Origin: Candidatus Yonathbacteria bacterium | Lineage (GTDB): Bacteria; Patescibacteriota; Minisyncoccia; Phycocordibacterales; JACNGX01 | Direction of reading: 5' to 3' | Assembly (NCBI GenBank): GCA_013334825.1 | Contig: JAAXWR010000002.1 | Coordinates: 34,025-98,024 of the forward strand | DNA: 64,000 bases | Part shown: piece after piece, positions 28,005-38,057 of the stretch | How the letters are laid out: every line of letters begins with the position of its first letter | Position numbering within the stretch: position 1 is the stretch's first letter | Made by a program: the position numbers and the translations under genes | Notes under the pieces: model-generated | Seen by the model: the letters and a program-made list of their open reading frames with translations, nothing else | The model's database searches: none | Told to the model about the DNA's origin: nothing

Positions 28005-28340
28005 ATATGAAAAGTAAATGCGGAACAAACGCGGAAGCTCGCGGAACGGACGCGGAAGAAACAAGAAGTATGAATCACGGAATGAGAATTAAGCTCGCCC
28101 TGCACCCTACGTTGCCTGCTGTGCATCCTACGTGGCTTGCTGTGCATCCTACGTGGTGCACAGTGCATAGTGCTGGGGAATATACGAATGATGAAGAAAA
28201 AAGGTAGACGATGAAATAAGAAAATAGAAATATGAAGACGAAAACTATAAATGGTAAAAAGAAAAAATAAAAATGGTAAACTATGAACTATGAAAAACAT
28301 ACTAAAAATAAAAGCGGACATAGTGTCCGCTTTTTCTGTG
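28005..28340. repeat. Composite intergenic repeat element (copy A). Order: 'gcggaa' words, a multi-hairpin block (CCCTGCACC-CTACGT-…GGTGCA…), 'acgaa' words, a purine-rich R4 block (GATGAAATAAGAAAATAGAAATATGAAGACGAAAACTATAAATGGTAAA), and a bidirectional terminator AAAAGCGGACA-TAGTG-TCCGCTTTT at 28309-28336
   Basis: The same modular order recurs at 41777-42115 and 56207-56530. Partial versions occur at 600-880, 4600-4700 and 31310-31560. Confidence 0.7.
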
Positions 28341-28362
28341 TTCGTGTCACAGACTACCAGGT

Positions 28363-28746
28363 CTACCAGGTATATACTCGATATACTCCTGTTTCTTTAG
28401 GTATCTTTACGGGAGGTGGTCTCAGACTCTGTCCAGAAAGCCGAACGAGTTTTTTCACGATGGGGTGGGTGGTGTCCGCATCGGTAACAGTTCCGATGTA
28501 GGGGTCTCCGCTGAATATAGTATGACCTGACACAGGGTCAGATGATGTCAGTCTCATATTTCCCCACTCAGTGAAAGCTTCCCTTTTTTTATCCTCCATG
28601 GAAGACACATGGGGGAGTTTCAAGAACTTCGTCCGCACACAGAGTCTTCCAGCAGAATCTTTTACAATACCGTCCTCATCTCTTTTTGTTTCTGTCCAGA
28701 TGAGATACCAGTCGCAAACAGTTGCTCGCTTTTCTTTTTTTGACAT
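28363..28746 (-). CDS. Hypothetical protein (127 aa)
   Basis: Intact ORF convergent with ppsA. No motif recognised. Confidence 0.4.
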   Translation of the reverse strand: MSKKEKRATVCDWYLIWTETKRDEDGIVKDSAGRLCVRTKFLKLPHVSSMEDKKREAFTEWGNMRLTSSDPVSGHTIFSGDPYIGTVTDADTTHPIVKKLVRLSGQSLRPPPVKIPKETGVYRVYTW

Positions 28747-29131
28747 GTTTCTATATCGTTTTACGATTGAAGAGAGATTTTTTTACAAATTTTTTTCGTG
28801 GTATCTGCTCCGCAGACACTCTTGTGAAAGAAGGTATCTTTTTCGTATTCGCCATAACTTTCTTCATGAGAGTATCATGAAGATAAGAGATTCCTACGAT
28901 ACAAAATATGAGCCGTTGTGTAAATACAGAGTCTTTTTTCATAGGATTGTATGTTTATATTTCCAAATTACTGTTCCGTTGTCTGTTGTATCACACTATG
29001 ACTAGTCAAGGCAAGTGTGCCTATGTTATGGACTATCCATTCAGTGTTCGGCAGTGCATGATATCTTACGTAGCTTGTGTTTTTGGGACAATATCGTTTT
29101 GTGTTATACTATAATGGTTATTTCCTAATAT

Positions 29132-30154
29132 ATGCATTATATGAAGATTATTAGTTTCTCCAATGAAGAGTGGGAAAAAGACTTTCTTTCAAAGCATCTT
29201 CCCGCACACACATTCATCTTTGTGGATGGGTTTATGCAAGACCGTACCGATGTCTCTGACCCAGATGCAGAGATTGTTTCTGTGTTTGTGAGTTCACATG
29301 TGGGCGCTACGGAGATGGATCGCTTTCCGTCACTGAAGTGTATCGTGACGCGTTCGACAGGGTTTGACCATATTGACCTTGCCGAAGCTCTGAAGCGCGG
29401 CGTTGTCGTATCCAACGTGCCAACATACGGTGAGAATTCAGTTGCAGAGATGGCGTTCGCGCTTCTCCTTGCGCTCTCGCGTCGTATTTATGATAGTTAC
29501 AAGCAGGTTGTTGAGACGAGTAGTTTTTCACCAAAAGGGCTGACCGGCTTTGATTTGAAAGGCAAGACATTGGGTGTTGTTGGGACAGGACATATTGGTG
29601 TGTATGCGATTAAGATCGGCAAAGGATTTGGTATGGATATTGTCGCGTATGACCCCTTCAAAAATGATGCACTTGCGAATGAACTTGGCTTTCGGTATGT
29701 CGGTTCGTTTGATGAGCTTCTTGGTATGTCTGATGTTATTACACTCCACGTGCCACATAACGAGCATACGCACCACATGATCAATATGGATAATATCGAG
29801 AAGATCAAGAAAGGTGCCGTTCTCATCAACACCGCGCGTGGGCCAGTGGTAGAGACCATCGCAATGGTGAAAGCGCTTGAAGAGGGGATACTTGCGGGAG
29901 CAGGGCTTGATGTGCTTGAAGAAGAAGATTTTCTTCTCGATGAAGATGCACTTCTCCATATGGAACATCCGAATGGTGAGAAACTTAAGAACGTACTCGC
30001 CAATCAATATCTGATTGACCATCCACGTGTCATTGTGACACCACACAATGCGTTTAACACCAAAGAAGCACTCGAACGCATTCTTGCAGTAACTGTTGAA
30101 AACATTGAAGCGTGTGTAAGTGGAGCGCCGAAGAACGTCGTTAAAAGTTCTTAG
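29132..30154 (+). CDS. D-isomer-specific 2-hydroxyacid dehydrogenase (D-lactate/glycerate/hydroxypyruvate reductase-like), NAD-binding
   Basis: 'GKTLGVVGTGHIGVYAIKIGKGFGMDIVAYD' Rossmann motif and catalytic R/E/H context '…INTARGPVV…PHNA…'. A terminator AGCGGGGCGTGGGACC-TTCG-GTCCCACGCCCCGCT follows at 30188-30223. Confidence 0.85.
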   Translation: MHYMKIISFSNEEWEKDFLSKHLPAHTFIFVDGFMQDRTDVSDPDAEIVSVFVSSHVGATEMDRFPSLKCIVTRSTGFDHIDLAEALKRGVVVSNVPTYGENSVAEMAFALLLALSRRIYDSYKQVVETSSFSPKGLTGFDLKGKTLGVVGTGHIGVYAIKIGKGFGMDIVAYDPFKNDALANELGFRYVGSFDELLGMSDVITLHVPHNEHTHHMINMDNIEKIKKGAVLINTARGPVVETIAMVKALEEGILAGAGLDVLEEEDFLLDEDALLHMEHPNGEKLKNVLANQYLIDHPRVIVTPHNAFNTKEALERILAVTVENIEACVSGAPKNVVKSS

Positions 30155-30322
30155 TTCGTAGTCCTTGGTTCGTAGAGACGAAAAGCGGGGCGTGGGACCT
30201 TCGGTCCCACGCCCCGCTTGCGCTTACAGTCTATAACCTATAAGCTATAAGCTATTCACCTACAGCCTAATCTCCTCACATACTAACCTCCTAATCTCCT
30301 ATTCTCCTAACCTCCTATCATT

Positions 30323-31303
30323 ATGGCATTTACCGACGAATATCAATTTGAATCAAAAGCGGGCAAGGGCGGCGATGGCGTCGTTCGTTGGCGTCATGAA
30401 AAGTCTCGAGAGTTCGCAGGCCCTGCCGGTGGTGATGGTGGTCGGGGTGGTGATGTATATATACGCGCGGTGCGTGATATCGCGCTTCTTTCCAAGTATC
30501 GCAATAAAACACGATTTGATGCGGAGGACGGACATCCAGGAGAAAAGAAGAGTATGAAAGGAAAAAATGGCGAAGATTTGTATATTGAATTGCCAGTCGG
30601 CTCTGTGGTTACTAATCTTGATACGCACGAAATCTTTGATCTCACGCATGAAGGCGATACGTTCATGGTTCTCGCGGGTGGGCAAGGAGGATACGGTAAT
30701 GAGAACTTCAAAAGTTCACGCAATATCACACCCAAACAAGCGACCACGGGAAAGCCAGGGCAAGAAGGACGTTTCGCGGTTGAGCTCCGTCTCATTGCAG
30801 ATATTGGTCTTATTGGACTACCGAGCGCGGGCAAGTCTTCACTCTTGAATGCGCTCACGCACGCAGATGCGAAAGTTGGTGCCTACGATTTTACCACACT
30901 CGAGCCAAACCTTGGTGTGATGTATGGTATTGTGCTTGCGGATATTCCCGGACTCATTGAAGGGGCATCAGAGGGAAAAGGACTCGGACATAAATTTCTT
31001 CGTCATGTACGCCGGACGCATATTTTGGCGCACTGTGTCTCGTGTGAACATGATGATATCACAAGCGCTTACCATACTATCCGCGAAGAATTAAAACGAT
31101 ATGATGAAACGATGTGTGAGAAACCAGAGATACTCATTCTTACCAAGACAGATATGTGCAGTCCTGAAGAACTTTCGGAAAAAATAAAAGAAGCAAAAAA
31201 GCTTTCTCAGCATGTGGAAACAGTAACACTGTATGATGATGAATCAGTGAAATATATTGGTGGTGTATTTGCACGACTTGAGAATGAGAAACTAGGAATA
31301 TAA
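30323..31303 (+). CDS. obg: GTPase Obg/CgtA
   Basis: Obg fold N-terminus 'FTDEYQFESKAGKGGDGVVRWRHEKSREFAGPAGGDGGRGGDVYI…' and G-domain 'GLPSAGKSSLL'. Confidence 0.9.
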   Translation: MAFTDEYQFESKAGKGGDGVVRWRHEKSREFAGPAGGDGGRGGDVYIRAVRDIALLSKYRNKTRFDAEDGHPGEKKSMKGKNGEDLYIELPVGSVVTNLDTHEIFDLTHEGDTFMVLAGGQGGYGNENFKSSRNITPKQATTGKPGQEGRFAVELRLIADIGLIGLPSAGKSSLLNALTHADAKVGAYDFTTLEPNLGVMYGIVLADIPGLIEGASEGKGLGHKFLRHVRRTHILAHCVSCEHDDITSAYHTIREELKRYDETMCEKPEILILTKTDMCSPEELSEKIKEAKKLSQHVETVTLYDDESVKYIGGVFARLENEKLGI

Positions 31304-31563
31304 ATATAGGAAAGAGGTTAGAGGTGATAGGGGCGGACAGGAATGTAGGAGAGAGGTTATAGGTTATAGGGACGAACACTCGAATCAAGCGTGCCCTGCA
31401 CCCTACGTGGTGCAGGGAATTAAGGGTTACGAAGTGCGAACTTGTATGCTTGCCCTACATTTCGCGTGGTGCTAGGAAACACACTTGAAACGGGACGGGA
31501 ATCAAAAGATATGAAATCAGGAATATGCTGTGTATCAAATAAAAAACCGCACGACAGTGCGGT

Positions 31564-31848
31564 TTATGATATGTTCGCTAATGCGCGGGCAGCATATATT
31601 TCCTTTTGGACATGTTCGGGAAGCATAATCATGTCGTAACGAAAGTCAGCGACCAAAGGATGTTCGTATCGCTTATTCTCTGGACAGGACATGAATGCCT
31701 CATCAGCCTTAAGCATACCATCTATGATATTGTCAACGGCTGTGTAGAGTGGACCTACCTTGTTCACTTCTTGTTCTTTGTATGCCTTGCAACGAAAGAT
31801 GGGAACAAGTAAATCGTGCCCTCTTTTAAAAGTCATTTGAGTTTCCAT
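31564..31848 (-). CDS. Hypothetical protein (94 aa)
   Basis: ORF only. Confidence 0.35.
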   Translation of the reverse strand: METQMTFKRGHDLLVPIFRCKAYKEQEVNKVGPLYTAVDNIIDGMLKADEAFMSCPENKRYEHPLVADFRYDMIMLPEHVQKEIYAARALANIS

Positions 31849-31989
31849 AGCGACTATGTTTGATTGATGGAAAGTATGTACTTATGCAACACTATCTTTT
31901 TTTATTGACGGTGTCAATATCTTTTAAATTTTACGCTCTTTTATTCAGTTTTTCGTATATTTATATACTTACTATGTTATACTATTTGC

Positions 31990-32865
31990 ATGAAACAATT
32001 TCCTCCCGCATACGATGTTGCTATTGTCTATGACGGCGATTGCCCTGATGGTTTTGGTGGCGCATGGTCTGCATGGAAAATCTTTGGTGATGAAGCGACA
32101 TATATTCCTGGGCGATACGGTGAAGATAAATCGAAAGAGCTTGCGGGTAAGCATGTGTATTTTATTGATTTTTGCTATGAACCGAGGGATGTGATTGTTG
32201 CGCTTCGTCCCCACGTGCAAAGTATTACGCTTATTGATCATCACAAAACGCGTGCCGATATGGTGGATATGCCCGAAATAGACGATGCACTTATTGATAT
32301 GGAACAATCGGGAGCAGTTCTTGCGTGGAAATATTTTCATGAAGGACAACCAATACCACAAGTGTTGCAACATATTCAGGATTTTGATTTGTGGCGTTGG
32401 CAGTTGTCTGATACCGATGAGGTGGTAGAGATGCTTTCAACGTACCCATTTGATTTTTCTCTTTGGGACGGCATTATCGCATCCTTTGAAACAAAAGGAA
32501 ATGAGATGGAACAGTATCTTGCTGAAGGTCGGGCTATCGTGCGTAAACGTGATGACAGTGTGGCGCGTATTGTGGATGATGCGGAGGATGTGGTGTTTGA
32601 AGGTATTCCGTGTCTTCTCGCCAACAGCCGCGCTCACGTGTCGCATGTTGGTGCGGCGCTTGCGAAAAAGATGCCACCTATCGGTATCATTTGGTCACGT
32701 CGTGATGAACAGCTTATTTGTTCGCTCCGTTCCGACGGAAGTGTGGATGTGTCAGAGCTTGCCAAGCGGTATGGGGGAGGAGGACACAAAGTCGCAGCGG
32801 CATTTCGTATCCATGATCCAGAGTTTACAAAACTTGCCGAATTGTTTGGGAAGAAGGAGCGATAG
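31990..32865 (+). CDS. DHH-family phosphoesterase (NrnA-like nanoRNase/pAp phosphatase)
   Basis: DHH motif 'LIDHHKT' and DHHA1 'GGGGH' near the C-terminus. Confidence 0.75.
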   Translation: MKQFPPAYDVAIVYDGDCPDGFGGAWSAWKIFGDEATYIPGRYGEDKSKELAGKHVYFIDFCYEPRDVIVALRPHVQSITLIDHHKTRADMVDMPEIDDALIDMEQSGAVLAWKYFHEGQPIPQVLQHIQDFDLWRWQLSDTDEVVEMLSTYPFDFSLWDGIIASFETKGNEMEQYLAEGRAIVRKRDDSVARIVDDAEDVVFEGIPCLLANSRAHVSHVGAALAKKMPPIGIIWSRRDEQLICSLRSDGSVDVSELAKRYGGGGHKVAAAFRIHDPEFTKLAELFGKKER

Positions 32866-32985
32866 GAGATTAGGAGATTAAACGCTAGGAGATTAAAACG
32901 AAAAACGATAAACGATAAAAAGAAAAAGCCTCGAGCATGACTTGTCGTGCTCGGCTAAAACAAAAAAAAGCGACCGTGAGGTCGC

Positions 32986-33804
32986 TTACGCTTTTTCAAT
33001 ATATCCTTTTTCTTCCGCCCATCTGAACCATGTGTTGGACAGTATCTCGTGTTGATGGGCATTCTCTTCATCGTACTCTTTGATACCCAGAGGTTTTTCT
33101 TCAGTGACGAGAAAAAGGAATGCGAGGTGTTTTGTTTTAAGTACCCGTCGTTTTCCTGTTTCTTCGTCAAGAAGGATGATGCGAGACACTGTTTGCTCGT
33201 TAAGTGCACTTGCCATATGTATGACTTTCAGACTGAACGAGTCGTGTTTCATAAAACAGTCTTCGTTGTCAGGAGTTCGTCTCTCCCACTGGTTGAAACG
33301 AAAGCGGAATATGTCATCAGGACTTTTCGAGAGTATGTCATAGACTTCTCTCATAGATAGTAGAGTGGTCGTCGTTCCTTCTTCTTTCGGTTTCGTGACC
33401 ATCTTTTTGTACTCTAATGCGCCCCATAGAGGGAAAGAAAGTATTCTCCCATAGAGAAGTATAAAGTATGATGTTCGTACTTCACCCGCGGAGAGCTGTT
33501 CTTCCGCATCTCTAAAAGAACGATAGGTATATTCCCATCCGTAGCCCGCCTCTAGTGATAGAAGATTGACGAGTATCCATAGGCAAAGAATACTTATTTC
33601 TATTCCCTGACGATAAGGAATAGATGGGGTAGTAAATACAATGACGACTATGCATAATACACATATGCTTACCGCTATGTTTATGTAGAGGGCAGAAAGA
33701 AAAGACGGAAGTGGCAATGCCTCGGCGCTGTGTTTCATTTGCTGGTGTTCCATACTGTTCTTGTGTTTTATGGTGAAAGGTAACTCTGTCGGTGAGAATA
33801 CCAT
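32986..33804 (-). CDS. Hypothetical multi-pass membrane protein
   Basis: Several hydrophobic helices in the translation. Confidence 0.45.
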   Translation of the reverse strand: MVFSPTELPFTIKHKNSMEHQQMKHSAEALPLPSFLSALYINIAVSICVLCIVVIVFTTPSIPYRQGIEISILCLWILVNLLSLEAGYGWEYTYRSFRDAEEQLSAGEVRTSYFILLYGRILSFPLWGALEYKKMVTKPKEEGTTTTLLSMREVYDILSKSPDDIFRFRFNQWERRTPDNEDCFMKHDSFSLKVIHMASALNEQTVSRIILLDEETGKRRVLKTKHLAFLFLVTEEKPLGIKEYDEENAHQHEILSNTWFRWAEEKGYIEKA

Positions 33805-33957
33805 GCAGAGAACAAAAAAGGAAGTAAATATAAAAAGAGGAAAAAAAATGGGAATGTGTTATAATCAGCATATTGGCAGATGCAACAGAAAACTCGTCGC
33901 GTCTACCGAGAATTCTCTATTCTCTTGATTCTTACTTCCTGATTCTTTTTTCTCGTT

Positions 33958-35373
33958 ATGCCGTATCGTCCCGTTATTGGACTTGAAATACATGCAGAAC
34001 TTCATACACAGACGAAGATGTTTTGTGCGTGCAAGAATGATGCTGAGGAGACGCGCCCAAATGTAAATATTTGCCCTGTGTGTATGGCACACCCGGGTAC
34101 TCTTCCGGTGATGAACAAGAAGGCAGTGGAGCACGTACTTCGTGTGGGGACAGCTGTTGGGGGAATGCTCGCAACACAGTTTACCGAATTTGACCGTAAA
34201 AATTATTTTTATCCCGACATCCCAAAAGGGTATCAGATAAGCCAATACAAATATCCACTGGTATCTGGAGGGATACTTGCTGGCGTAGAGATTACACGTA
34301 TTCATCTTGAAGAAGATACCGCGACGTCTAAACATAATAAAGGCGATTATTCCCTGATTGATTATAATCGCGCGGGAGTCCCTTTGATGGAGTTGGTGAC
34401 AGAACCAGTGATTGCGGATGCCGAAACAGCGATGCGTTTTGCAAAAGAGCTTCAACTTCTCTTGCGGTATTTGGGCGCGAGTGAGGCGAATATGGAAAAA
34501 GGGCAAATGCGCGTAGAAGCAAATATTTCTGTATATAAAGAAGGTGATGACCGCCTGTCCGGCACCAAGGTAGAAGTAAAAAATCTTAATTCGTTTCGTG
34601 TGGTTGGGAAAGCTATCGCGCATGAAATTGAACGTCAAATCACAGTAATTGAACGTGGTGAGAAAGTTGTACAAGAAACACGCGGATGGGATGAAAATAA
34701 AGGAGAAACATTTTCTCAGCGCAAAAAAGAATCTTCACATGACTATCGGTATTTCCCGGATCCTGATTTGCCGAAACTTGATATTTCAGAAATCACAGAA
34801 TTTGCGACATTTGTTCTTCCTGAATTACCGTGGCAGAAACGCGAACGGTATGCGCGAGAGTATGGCATTAAGGCAGAAGATATTGAAAGTTATGTTACGG
34901 ACACGATCCTCGGTGCATATTTTGAACGCATTGCAGACATTCTCGAAGGGGATACGCAAGCTGTCTTACTTGCATCCAATTATATTACGTCTGATATCAT
35001 TGGGCTTATGCAAGTCTCGGATGGGGACATATTGAGTCGGATTACGCCCGAATCACTTGCGTCGCTTGTTGGTATGGTTGCTGGTGGGGAGGTTTCGTCA
35101 CGTGGAGCAAAAGATATATTGAAAGTGATGTCAGAACGCGGAGGAGACCCTCGAATGATTGCGAGTGAGCACAATCTTTTTCAAAAGAGCGACACAGAAG
35201 CACTTGGCGTTATTGTTGATGACGTGATTGCTGGTAATACACAAGCTGTTCTTGAATATCGTGCGGGTAAAATCGCATCACTCCAGTTCTTGATAGGGCA
35301 AGGAATGAAAGCAAGTAAAGGCTCGGCAAATCCGTCAGTCCTTAAGGAACTATTTGAAGAGAAATTGAAATAG
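33958..35373 (+). CDS. gatB: Asp/Glu-tRNA amidotransferase subunit B
   Basis: 'MPYRPVIGLEIHAELHTQTKMFCAC…' and the rest is canonical GatB. Confidence 0.95.
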   Translation: MPYRPVIGLEIHAELHTQTKMFCACKNDAEETRPNVNICPVCMAHPGTLPVMNKKAVEHVLRVGTAVGGMLATQFTEFDRKNYFYPDIPKGYQISQYKYPLVSGGILAGVEITRIHLEEDTATSKHNKGDYSLIDYNRAGVPLMELVTEPVIADAETAMRFAKELQLLLRYLGASEANMEKGQMRVEANISVYKEGDDRLSGTKVEVKNLNSFRVVGKAIAHEIERQITVIERGEKVVQETRGWDENKGETFSQRKKESSHDYRYFPDPDLPKLDISEITEFATFVLPELPWQKRERYAREYGIKAEDIESYVTDTILGAYFERIADILEGDTQAVLLASNYITSDIIGLMQVSDGDILSRITPESLASLVGMVAGGEVSSRGAKDILKVMSERGGDPRMIASEHNLFQKSDTEALGVIVDDVIAGNTQAVLEYRAGKIASLQFLIGQGMKASKGSANPSVLKELFEEKLK

Positions 35374-35459
35374 ATAGTAAAAATAAAGAAGTATAGCGGG
35401 ACAGAGTCCCGTCGTAATTTCGTTTTATAAAAAAACGGCGCGTTGCGCCGTTTGTAACA

Positions 35460-35702
35460 TTAGCTCATCTTGGGAGAAAAAGGACCTTGCCCTGCTTCCA
35501 AGAATGGGCATAATTTCGCAATCCCTTTTCTTAAGAATTTTTTTCCTTTCCCAGAAAGTATGACAACATTGTCGACTTCTCTTGATGCAATAAGAGTCGT
35601 AAGAAAGTCTTGATATGTTTGGGGATTAGTAAATTCTTTATACATTCCATGAAGAGAATCACAGAAAGTAAAAAGAACACGGTATGTTTTCAATGTTTCC
35701 AT
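35460..35702 (-). CDS. Small hypothetical protein (80 aa)
   Basis: ORF only. Confidence 0.3.
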   Translation of the reverse strand: METLKTYRVLFTFCDSLHGMYKEFTNPQTYQDFLTTLIASREVDNVVILSGKGKKFLRKGIAKLCPFLEAGQGPFSPKMS

Positions 35703-35881
35703 GAGACACCTCGTTTTTTTGTTGTACGTTACCAGTTTTTATTATACCCAATGTATATACAGAAGATATGGTATACTGTGTACAAGGTTTATGCTGGTTT
35801 TTGTTTGATGTCAAGTTTCTCGCATACTAACCCCCTAATTTACCAATCTCCTGATATCCTAATTTACTAACCTCCTACCTT

Positions 35882-36922
35882 ATGTCTACTACTATTGCTA
35901 TTAATGGATTTGGTCGTATTGGTCGTGCGTTTTTCAAACTCGCATTTGCGCATCCTGAAATTAATATTGTTGCTGTGAATGATTTGGGTGATGTTGATAA
36001 TCTTGCATACCTTCTCAAATACGATACCGCGTATGGGCGAAGTGGATTTGAGGCGACGGTGATTGATGGGGGACTTCTTGTCGTTCATGATGGTATCGAG
36101 AAAGAAATTCGCCTGTTTTCAGAAAAAGACCCGAGCATGTTGCCGTGGAGAGATCTTGATATTGATATTGTTATTGAATCAACGGGTGTCTTTGATAGTT
36201 ATGAAAAATCAAAAATGCACCTTGAGGCAGGAGCGAAGCGTGTCGTGATTTCCGCGCCGGTGAAAGATAATCCTGCTGATGCGGGCATTGAAGGAGGGAC
36301 GATGCTTATGGGTATCAATCATGAGGACTTGGCAACGGCGCGTATCAGTTCAAATGGTTCTTGTACAACAAACGCAGCCGCGCCACTTATCCAGATACTT
36401 CATGAGTCAATCGGTGTGGAAAAAGCGCTTCTTTCTACCGTGCATGCGTATACCGCAACACAGGGTATCGTAGACGGTCCTGCGCGTAAAGATTTTCGTC
36501 GAGGTCGTGCCGCGGCACAAAATATTGTGCCTGCTTCTACCGGTGCAGCAATTGCCACAACACAGGTAATCACAGATTTGGAAGGTAAGTTCGATGGTGT
36601 CGCCATGCGTGTTCCTGTTATTGTTGGTTCGATTGTGGATATTACATTTATTGCTTCTCGCTCAACTTCTGCTGAAGAAGTGAATGATATTCTGCGCGTG
36701 GCTGCTGCGTCAGACCGTTGGGAAAACATCTTTGGTGTGACGGAAGAAGAAATTGTTTCTTCAGATATTATTGGTAATCCCTATCCATCTCTTGCTGATT
36801 TATCATTTACCCGTGTGGTAGATGGTAATCTTGTTAAAGTGCTTGCATGGTATGATAATGAAGCGGGTTACACCAATGCACTTTTGCTCCACGTACTCGA
36901 AAGCGGAAAATATATTGGGTAG
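35882..36922 (+). CDS. gap: Glyceraldehyde-3-phosphate dehydrogenase
   Basis: 'IAINGFGRIGR' NAD motif and the catalytic 'SCTTN' cysteine motif. Confidence 0.95.
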   Translation: MSTTIAINGFGRIGRAFFKLAFAHPEINIVAVNDLGDVDNLAYLLKYDTAYGRSGFEATVIDGGLLVVHDGIEKEIRLFSEKDPSMLPWRDLDIDIVIESTGVFDSYEKSKMHLEAGAKRVVISAPVKDNPADAGIEGGTMLMGINHEDLATARISSNGSCTTNAAAPLIQILHESIGVEKALLSTVHAYTATQGIVDGPARKDFRRGRAAAQNIVPASTGAAIATTQVITDLEGKFDGVAMRVPVIVGSIVDITFIASRSTSAEEVNDILRVAAASDRWENIFGVTEEEIVSSDIIGNPYPSLADLSFTRVVDGNLVKVLAWYDNEAGYTNALLLHVLESGKYIG

Positions 36923-37026
36923 AAATTACAAGTTTCAAGAACGGTTACGAATAATGAGTATGTAGAAAATAGCCATCTTTTCCTTTCCTAATCTCCTAAT
37001 TTCCTAATCTCCTAACATACTAATTT

Positions 37027-37494
37027 ATGATTCTCCACATTGCTGCCGATCACGCTGGTCATGCTCTCAAAGAATACTTGGTATCTGTTTTTCGCAAAGA
37101 AGGATATGAAGTCACGGATCATGGGGCACATGCCTATAATAAAGAAGACGATTATCCCGATTTCATATATCCTGCTGCACGGGCGGTCGGAGAAGCATCT
37201 CTTAAGAACGAGGATGTACGCGGTATCATTATTGGTGGTTCCGGGCAAGGAGAAGCAATGGTCGCCAATCGTGTGCTGGGAGTACGTGCTGCAGTATGGT
37301 ATGGAGGGGATCGTCATATTCCATTATTGTCACGTGAACATAATGACGCGAACATCCTTTCTCTCGGCGCACGCTTTATGGATAAAACACTCGCTGAAGA
37401 TGTGATAAAAGAGTGGCTTGCCATGCCGTTTTCAAACGACGACCGACATGTGCGGAGGATTAAGAAGATAGACGGGGACGTGAATAATGAATAA
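37027..37494 (+). CDS. rpiB: Ribose-5-phosphate isomerase B
   Basis: 'MILHIAADHAGHALKEYL…GIIIGGSGQGEAMVANR' matches the RpiB/LacAB family. Confidence 0.9.
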   Translation: MILHIAADHAGHALKEYLVSVFRKEGYEVTDHGAHAYNKEDDYPDFIYPAARAVGEASLKNEDVRGIIIGGSGQGEAMVANRVLGVRAAVWYGGDRHIPLLSREHNDANILSLGARFMDKTLAEDVIKEWLAMPFSNDDRHVRRIKKIDGDVNNE

Positions 37495-38023
37495 TGAATT
37501 ACGAATTATGAATATTGAAGCAAAAGAATTTAAACAGCTTGTCGATCTGGTGTATAGTGCCCATCAAGAACATAATACGCGCAAGGACTATAGACAGGAG
37601 GGCACAGTACCGTTTGTTGTACATCCTTTGTGGTGTGCACTCACTCTTCTTAATGATCAGCGTATTCCGTTTGAGGAGCGTCGCATCGGATATCAAGCAC
37701 TTCTTTTACATGATGTGTTAGAGGATACGGATATGGATATACCAGAGGATATTTCTCGTGAGGTTGTTGCGTTAGTGCAAGAAATGACACATGCCTCATG
37801 GGATGACGAACAAAATATCTCAGGTAAAAGTCATATCGTAAAATTATTGAAGCTCACAGACAAAATTGCCAGTATGTATGATGAGACAGTCCGTCCAGAC
37901 CCAGTTCGTCGACGACAATGGAAGGAATTAATAGAGCGTTTGTTGGCTGATGTTGAAGTACACTATGGAAATATCCGATTAGTGACACTTGCAAAAGCGA
38001 TTCTTGCCGATACAGATTGGTAA
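37487..38023 (+). CDS. HD-domain phosphohydrolase (small, standalone)
   Basis: HD signature 'H…LLHDVLEDT'. Overlaps rpiB by 8 nt. Confidence 0.65.
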   Translation: MNNELRIMNIEAKEFKQLVDLVYSAHQEHNTRKDYRQEGTVPFVVHPLWCALTLLNDQRIPFEERRIGYQALLLHDVLEDTDMDIPEDISREVVALVQEMTHASWDDEQNISGKSHIVKLLKLTDKIASMYDETVRPDPVRRRQWKELIERLLADVEVHYGNIRLVTLAKAILADTDW

Positions 38024-38057
38024 CCGTACTCGTCTATTCATAATTCTTTATTCACGT

